From NCBI GenBank assembly GCA_028534125.1, contig CM052840.1, positions 992,001 through 1,056,000 of the forward strand: DNA of 64,000 bases. The letters are read 5' to 3'. This document shows positions 47,180 to 64,000 of this stretch, one piece after another. Below the pieces are notes generated by a model. It was not told where the DNA came from and did no database searches. It saw only the letters and a list, made by a program, of their open reading frames with translations. Each line of letters starts with the position of its first letter. Positions within the stretch are counted from its first letter, which is position 1. Origin of the DNA: Lama glama. Lineage: Eukaryota. The position numbers were made by a program, and so were the translations under genes.

Positions 47180-47660
47180 CTATCTTAGCTTGAACCCCTT
47201 CTCCCCAGGAAACAGAACATGAGACATGAGCTTGCCTATGGGTATTTGGGAGGTAACCCCAGGGAGCAGGAGTGAAAGGCAGAAAGAATGAAACAGGCAG
47301 GGAGGGAAAACCAACCAAAACATGAGTTACTGAGGTTGCCACTGCGGAGGGCAGCTGGGGCTCCACCCTCCTGGGCCTTCCCAGGAGCCCGGTGAAGTGC
47401 ATCTCCAAACTGTCCTAGAGAAATATTTACCCATCATTTCCATCTTCTATTGGTCAAGGGTGATCCCTTGGGTATTAACGCTCCAACAATTATAGTTTGC
47501 ACCGATGTGAGCACAGAGCAGTCCCCAAGGGGCATCAAGGAGGTCTCTTGGGGCAGGAAGGAAGAGGTATGCTTGTCTCCAGGGAGGAGCCAGCTGGTAA
47601 GACTGCCCAAACTGTCACCCCAAAAGAGGCTTCACAGGAGAGTTTGGCGTGGCACATGGC
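47180..47660. mobile_element. Old ERVL/MaLR-type solo LTR remnant
   Basis: TATCTTAGCTTG...CCCCAGGAAACAGAACATGAGACA...TATTTGGGAGGTAACCCCAGGGAGCAGG resembles MLT/LTR16-type termini. Subfamily not determined. Confidence 0.5.
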
Positions 47661-47779
47661 GGCATCTAAATCAGATGCATTTCCTTAACTTCTCATCTTT
47701 AAATCCCATTTTTACCTTTAATTGTAAGACTACAAGATGGCTGTGGCTGTTTTAAGTCTTTAGGGGAGTAATGTCAAAA

Positions 47780-48250
47780 CAGCTATAAAATGTTAACTGC
47801 ACGTATTGTGATGATCATTTTTACAATATATACAAATATCAAACCATTGTGTTGTACACTGCAAACTAACATAATGTTGTATGTCAATTATTGATCAATT
47901 TTTTTAATTCTATAAGGTGATTGATCATCCCCCATTCTACAGTGGAATGGGGTAATTTAAGACTGTGTATTCCTAAACATGGTGTCTAATGCAATTCCTT
48001 ACTAAGCGGAACCAAGGCCCCTCTGAGAAATGGCTGGTTCCAGGGCCAGGGTAGAACAGGCACAAAATGAGTCAGAAACAACTTTTTATGCCAGAAAACA
48101 AGGAATTTTTTTTTAATTATGGAGGCATATCACAAGGACACAGGAATCAGATTCAAGCAAATTCTACTAGCCAAATATAGGATAATTTGGGCACCAACAT
48201 AAATACAATGATGCATTTTAAACCACTGAAGATAAGAACTGAGTCTATAC
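47780..48250 (+). mobile_element. L1 3' fragments (L1M-type)
   Basis: TGATCATTTTACAATATATACAAATATCAAACCATTGTGTTGTACAC...AACTAACATAATGTTGTATGTCAATTAT (L1 3' end), followed by an L1MC/MD-like segment. Confidence 0.65.
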
Positions 48251-48283
48251 CATATACCAGTGATGTAGCCATAGATAGACAGG

Positions 48284-48336
<53 letters not shown>
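48284..48336. repeat. (TAGA)n tetranucleotide microsatellite, about 13 units
   Basis: Perfect TAGA run read directly. Confidence 0.95.
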
Positions 48337-48389
48337 TATAGATAATTATGGAGGATTTGTAGTATTTTTAAATATCTGATAGGGTTAGT

Positions 48390-49100
48390 CCCCACCTATA
48401 ACATTTTTATGATACAGTTTTCTTATTCAAAGATACGGTATCCCTTTCCATTTAAATCTCCTTTTAATAATCTAAAAAGTATTTTCTCAGATAGATCTTA
48501 CACATTTCTCATGTCTGTTCCTAGTTATTTTTTTCTTCTTTATCATCTTTCCCGTTATAAATGGAATTTTTTCCTGTATCTTCTAACTGGTTGTTTTTTG
48601 CATAGATCAAGGTTATTGCTTTCTGTATATTAATTTTATACCCAGATTACCTGCTGAATTCTTTTACAGCACTAATAGTTTTGTAGTAGTTTGGCAGTTT
48701 ATTATTTCAGGTTTGCCGGATACACATCCTATGTCTGCACATAAATATAATTGTACTTCCTTTCCAATTTTGTGTACCTTAATCTCATTCTCTTGTTTAC
48801 TTGTCTTGACAAATACCTGCAAAATAATATTAAGCAATAGTGATAGTAGGCATTCTTTTCTTGTCCCTGATTTTAACGCTAATATTTCTACTTTTTTCTC
48901 ATTAAACATGATTCTGGAGGGGAATCAGTGGTAGAGTCTGTGCTTAGCATTCACAGTGTCCTGGGTTCAATCCCCAGTTCCTCCATCATAAATAAACAAA
49001 CAAACAAACAAACAAACCTAACTACCTCCCTCCTCAAAAAAGTAGGGAAAAATCATAATTCTTGCTTTAGCATTGAAATGTATATTTTATCATTTTAAGA
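48390..49100 (-). mobile_element. Degenerate L1 ORF2 (reverse transcriptase region), antisense
   Basis: ORF 48664-48909(-) reads KSGTRKECLLSLLLNIILQV...ENEIKVHKIGKEVQLYLCADI, resembling L1 RT [22 protein letters not shown]...KEVKLSLFADDM. Confidence 0.85.
48916..49050 (+). mobile_element. tRNA-derived SINE (Vic-1-like) inserted in an antisense L1
   Basis: CAGTGGTAGAG...CTGGGTTCAATCCCCAG...(AAAC)n CCTAACTACCTCCC; TSD-like CATGATTCT / CATAATTCT. Confidence 0.83.
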
Positions 49101-49284
49101 CTTTTATCACATATGGATGTAGGGCATTCAATGTCTGGTATGACATTATGAGGTGTTACACTGGCCAGCTCTCCAGTGAAACTGTCGACTATTTTCTTAA
49201 AAATGTAAGCCTCTAGAAATGATCCTAAGGGCAAACAGCAAACGAAGAAATATTTGTTCAAGAAATAGCTATTTGAAGAATATA

Positions 49285-50374
49285 GATAAAATATATTAGA
49301 AGAAAACATAGAATAAATTTTCATGACCTTGGATTTGGCAAAACATTCTTAGATATGACACCAATGCCTGCGCAAGAGAAGAAAAAATAGGTATATTGAA
49401 CTCATCACAGTTAAAAACTTTTGTGCTTCAAAGGGGACCNNNNNNNNNNNNNNNNNNNNNNNNNNNNNNNNNNNNNNNNNNNNNNNNNNNNNNNNNNNNN
49501 NNNNNNNNNNNNNNNNNNNNNNNNNNNNNNNNNNNNNNNNNNNNNNNNNNNNNNNNNNNNNNNNNNNNNNNNNNNNNNNNNNNNNNNNNNNNNNNNNNNN
49601 NAGAAAGGTACACAAATGGCCAAGAAGCACGTGTAAAGATCCTCAGCATCTTTTGTCACATGGGAAATGCAAATCAAAACCACAATGAGATACCATTTCA
49701 CACCTGCCAGAATTGTTAGAATCAAAGTCAGGTAAGTATTGACAAGGATGTGGCAAATTCAGAATCCTCAGACATTGCTGCTGGGAATGCAAAATGGTGC
49801 AGCCACTTTGGAGAACAGTACAGAATTATATCAAATGACTGAACATAGAGTTACCATATGACCCAACAATTCCATTCCTAGGTACATACCTCAGAGAAAT
49901 TAAAATATAGGTCCACACAAAATCTTGCACATGATGGTTTATACCAGCATTATTCATAACAGCCAAAAGATGAAAATCCAAATGTCCACCAATGTATGAA
50001 AGGATGAACAAATGAAATGCAGTATATCCACACAATGGAATATTATTCAGGCATAAAAAGTAATGAAGTACTGATACATACTATAACGTAGATGAACCTT
50101 GGAAATTATAAGTGAAAGAAGGCAGTCACAAAAGACCAGAAATTATATGGTTTTACTTATATAAAATGTCTAGGACTGGCAAATATATAGAGACAGAAAG
50201 TAGATTAGTGGTTGCTTAGGTCTAAGTGGAGGAAGATGGAAAGAATTAGGGGATGATGGCTGAAGGGTACAGGATTTCTTTTTGATGAAAATGTTCTAAA
50301 ATTGACTGTGGTAATGGTTACACAGCTCTGTGAACATTCTAAAACCACTGAAATGTAAACTTAAAAAAAAAAAA
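49285..50374 (+). mobile_element. L1 (L1MB-like) ORF2 3' end, 3' UTR and A-tail; contains an assembly gap
   Basis: AGAAGAAAACATAG...GACCTTGGATTTGGC; GGGAAATGCAAATCAAAACCACAATGAGATACCA; AAAATGGTGCAGCCACTTTGGA; GATGAAAATGTTCTAAAATTG; poly(A) at 50363-50374. Confidence 0.88.
49440..49601. other. Assembly gap (162 N) inside an L1
   Basis: Run of N. Confidence 1.
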
Positions 50375-50381
50375 GAAATTT

Positions 50382-50417
50382 GGCTCCGTTGTGCAATGGA
50401 TAGCGCATTGGACTTCT
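50382..50417 (+). pseudogene. Retroposed 5' half (nt 1-36) of tRNA-Arg(UCU), tailless retropseudogene
   Basis: GGCTCCGTTGTGCAATGGATAGCGCATTGGACTTCT matches 34/36 nt of mammalian tRNA-Arg-TCT (GGCTCCGTGGCGCAATGGATAGCGCATTGGACTTCT, from memory). It ends at the anticodon and is flanked by TTA(n)..TTT direct repeats. Confidence 0.85.
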
Positions 50418-52026
50418 TAAAAAAAAAATTTGACATCTAGACACCTTGTAGTGAAACTGAAGAATACTAAAAACAAAGAGAAGTCCTTAAAAAGAGCCAG
50501 AAGGAAGACAGTTCACTACGTTCAATAAAGTAGCTTCAAAAAGATGAACACTGGGAACAAGAAAAATTATTCCAGAAGAAAGGCCTGAGATTCAAGAAGA
50601 AAGATGTATATATAACCAGAGAATCTCTTCCATGGGTGGCCCAGGAGACATGTGCAATAAATGCTTATATATGATCACAGAATGCAATATCAATCACAGT
50701 GAATGTGACTAGACTACAGTTAGATATAACAGGATGAACAAATCCCACAGACACAGTGTGGAGTGAAAACCACAAATTGCACAAGACTATGTACAGCATG
50801 CTGCCATTTTGATAAAAGCAAGCGAAACCAAACTCAGCTCTCATATAGATACACATTTAGCATCATATATATGTGGTAGAACTATTTAAAGCACACACAT
50901 AGACTCACATAGCTTCAGATAGTAGTTACTTGGGCAAGGAACCGAGGCACGGGGGCACTAGGACACATACCACTTCACTGTTATTGATCATTTGTCGGGG
51001 GTGGGGAGGGGGTGGTCACAGTTGTTCACGTTATTATTTTCTTCACATACTCATTGCATATGTATTCACTAAGTATCAAATATTACACAATAAGAGAATT
51101 TAAAGAATAAGAACAGAGAAATATGATAATGCTCAAAGAAAGAAACAGAATATGGGACTTTGTATATAGTATGCATCTGTTTCATTTTCAAACTGATACT
51201 TCATATGTGAGTATTTGTATGCGCAGAAAAAAGATTAGATACAAAATATTATGAGTGAATATCTCTGGATATTGGGATGGCACATGATTTTTTTCTTTAT
51301 ACTTTCCTGTGTTTTCCAAATAATTCACATGGGTATAAATAGTCTATTAATTTTACAATTTAAAAAATTTGTTTAAGTTTGGTAGGAATTAAACTACTTT
51401 GTATTAAAAATCTTATCTGCATCCACTTTTAAAAATCATTTCAACTATTTTTAATGTTCTAGGTGTTAAACTGGGTAGTGAATACAGAAATGTTTATTAT
51501 GTTATTCTTTACATCTTTCTAAGTGTGTGAAGTGTTTTGTAATATTGTTTTTAAACTGCTATTGAAAAATAACTACATGATTGCAGGGGAAGGGCTTGCG
51601 TATTTATTTTTTTAAGTAGGAGAAATGAAAAAGTCGGAGCGAACCACTCCTTCTCTGAGCTGTGGCAAACACCAGAAGTGTGAATTTGCAGCTTTGGTCA
51701 TGACTAGTACACGGCCCTACTGGCTGTATAGCAATTATGAATTTCTCTAGAGAATTCTAAAATGTTAATGTGGTACCATATTAAATTGCATCAAGGGATC
51801 TGGAAGGATAGGTTTCTTCTGGCTCCAAGAAATCCAATTTTAAATCTCTGTATCCTAAGAGATTTTTTTTAAGTGATCCTCTACTCTGAATAGTTGTCAA
51901 ATTTCCGTTTGTTGGATAAACTGAAATTACAAATACATAATCTTTCTAAAAACATTTTCAGTCTTAATTTATTTGCCTAGAGTTGCAAAAATGTAGTGTT
52001 AACATTGATATAAAAAACACTGTCAG

Positions 52027-52170
52027 GTGTGAGGGTACAGCTCAGGGGTAGAGTGCTTATCCAGCATGTAAAAGGTTGGGTTCAATCTCTAATACCTCCA
52101 TTAAAACAAATAAATAAAATTTATTTATGCCCCTAAAATAAAATTTTGAAAAGAGGAAAAAAAAAAAAAA
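52027..52170 (+). mobile_element. tRNA-derived SINE (Vic-1-like), about 0.6 kb upstream of PM20D1
   Basis: GAGGGTACAGCTCAGGGGTAGAG...GGGTTCAATCTC...poly(A); TSD-like AAAAAACACTGTCAG / AAAAAACCACTTTCAG. Confidence 0.8.
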
Positions 52171-52743
52171 CCACTTTCAGCGAATTCCCAAACAGAGGCA
52201 AACCCTCTGATCTAATTCTTCAAAACAATGTCTACAGATTGAGCAGTACTGTTTCAATTTCAAATGAAATCAAGCCAGGGGCCGGGAGAGCTTCCCCAGT
52301 GGAATCTGGGGAAATGGTAGGCAAGCCCTAAGCTTCAGAAGTGAGATGTTGATGAAGGTCTGATAAACTCTGTTCATTTATTTTGCCTTTCCCTCCCCGC
52401 CCCTAATTTGATCTGCTGACATACAGAAAGAGATTTATGGGTATCTCAAAGCAAAACACAAGTGCAGGCAAAACCTGCGAATTGCCCGGAGCCCAACCTC
52501 ACCTCTGCTCGGTAGCGGCAAGACACCACAACCCACAAAAGGCCCTGCGGGCCTGGGGCGGGGCCTTCCCGTGGATTGGTTGCTCCGCATCCCCAGGCAG
52601 GCAATGACTGGCCAGCTCTGGGGATGGGGCGGGGCTAAGGAAGTCGAAAGAGTTGTATCTGTGACAGGGAGAGGAATGCGGGCTGGCTGGGCGTTTAGGT
52701 CCAAACTCCAGCCGCCGACTGGCAGCGGGGACTTGAGAGAAGC

Positions 52744-62495
<9,752 letters not shown>

Positions 62496-63019
62496 GTAAG
62501 TACCCCCTGTTCCCAACAACTGGGTCGGCGTCAGTGAGGCATGGCTCCCAGGACTGGGGTTTGGCTGCAGTCCCAGGGCTGGCCCAGTCTCTGATTTGTT
62601 CAGCCTTTTTCGAAGGCTTCCTATGCGCCAGGTGCTTGACTAGGATGGGCAATCTGTGGCTTGGGGGAACTTGGAGTCTAGGAGTGGGAGACGAAGGATA
62701 GCAACAGTAAATGACAAACAACAAAGGAAAGAACTTGTAGCAAACACATAGTGGGCTTGCTATGTGTCTGGCCCTGTTCTAACATGTTCACACACTCATT
62801 TCACCCCTACCCACGCTATGAGGTAGGAAATGGATTCTCCTCATTTAAGAGGGAAAACGGAGGCACCGATCCATAGAGCAGGGGAGTAACATGCCCAGGA
62901 TTACACACCTAGCGCTGGCTCCAGCGTCTGTCTCTTAGCCCCCAAACTATACTGCACTTGTAACAATTAAGAACAAACAAATTCCCACAGGGCCAGTGCA
63001 GAGAAGGGGACGGATGCTG

Positions 63020-64000
63020 CCTCTGAGGATCTAGAAAGTCTTTTCTGATCACTAGAAATTTGAACTGGGGCTTAAAGGACAAGCAGGGCTGTGCTAGAAG
63101 TAAGACATTCAGAGAAAGGCTAAAATAAAGTCTAAAGAGTAAGTTAAATGGGGAGAAGTGATGGGAGATGAAGACGGAGCTGTAGTTTGGGGATCCAGGC
63201 TTTGTGCACCACGCCGTGGAGTTTGGGCTCTTGTCTGTGGACAAAAGGGAACCATCAGGGGTCTTGTATATCACAGGACTGTGTTGTACTCAGATTCTCT
63301 TTTAGGGAGACAGTGCTAGTGGCAATGCTGAGAAAGCCCTGGAGTGAGAAGAGACAGCTAAGAAGCTGTTGCAAAGTCATGGGGTGAAGAGGACATGGGC
63401 CACGGGTGTGAGAGATGGGTTCAGTAGGATGTGGCGTGTAATGGATGTGGGGGAGTGAAAGGCAGGGCAGCTCCAAGATTTTAAACCTAGGTAGTTGGCC
63501 AAGTGCTGCTGCCTTTAACCAAGATTAGGAATTCGGGAACAAGAGCAAGTTCACCAAGAAATATCATGGTTTAGAAATTTGAGAAGCTGATAATATATTA
63601 ATAGGCAATTATAAACACCTCATGTGTAGGGAGAGAATGAACTAGAAAGAGAGGCTGGAGTATTATTAATTGAAGCCTCTAGAGCCAATAAAATCCTATG
63701 GGAAGGATGTGTACATTTTGGAGAGAAAAGGGTTGCGGACAGAGCCTTGCGTTGGTCTGCTATAAACATCAATCTAAAAATTATAAAAATGAGTGTATAA
63801 TTGCAAACCATGATGAGTGCTGTGATGAAAAGGAATGGGGGCTATAAACCGAACGTAACAAGGAAACAGACTTTGTCTGGAGGTCAGGCAAGGCTTCCCT
63901 AAGGTTGTGACATTTGAGCTGAAAGATAAGGAATGACAGGAAATACACAGAATATATGACACTGGTAAGAAAGGCCAGGTCACTGAAACACCAGGTTGAG
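63020..64000 (-). mobile_element. L2 LINE remnants, PM20D1 intron 10
   Basis: GGAGTTTGGGCTCTTGTCTGTGGACAAAAGGGAACCA...; GGAGGTCAGGCAAGGCTTCCCTAAGG...GACATTTGAGCTGA. Confidence 0.6.

Overview
Mammalian genomic DNA, very probably a camelid (camel, alpaca or llama), judged from nine copies of a short tRNA-derived SINE resembling camelid Vic-1. The window holds two + strand genes in the same tandem order as human 1q32. (1) SLC26A9, an epithelial Cl- transporter/channel, is complete: 20 coding exons from 25194 to 44013 join through GT-AG introns into an intact 2376-nt CDS (791 aa, C-terminal PDZ motif TAL). Its non-coding exon 1 probably lies inside the assembly gap at 17939-18078, and its poly(A) signal is probably AATAAA at 46249. 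(2) PM20D1, a secreted N-acyl amino acid synthase/hydrolase, is present as exons 1-10 (52744-62495, 371 codons, intact); the remaining exons lie beyond the window. Bases 1-17.7 kb and 46.3-52.4 kb are intergenic and rich in MIR, L2, L1, MER5 and LTR remnants. I found no evidence of a new multi-gene system. The best second-look items are: a tailless retrocopy of the 5' half of tRNA-Arg(UCU) with a possible m1G9 reverse-transcription scar; a decayed orthologue of the human SLC26A9 isoform-2 C-terminal exon; a stop-free, in-frame SLC26A9 intron 15; an AUGA-overlapping uORF; and several substitutions relative to the human and mouse proteins. Comparisons with human and mouse sequences are from memory and need confirming by alignment. 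Repeat boundaries were judged by eye.
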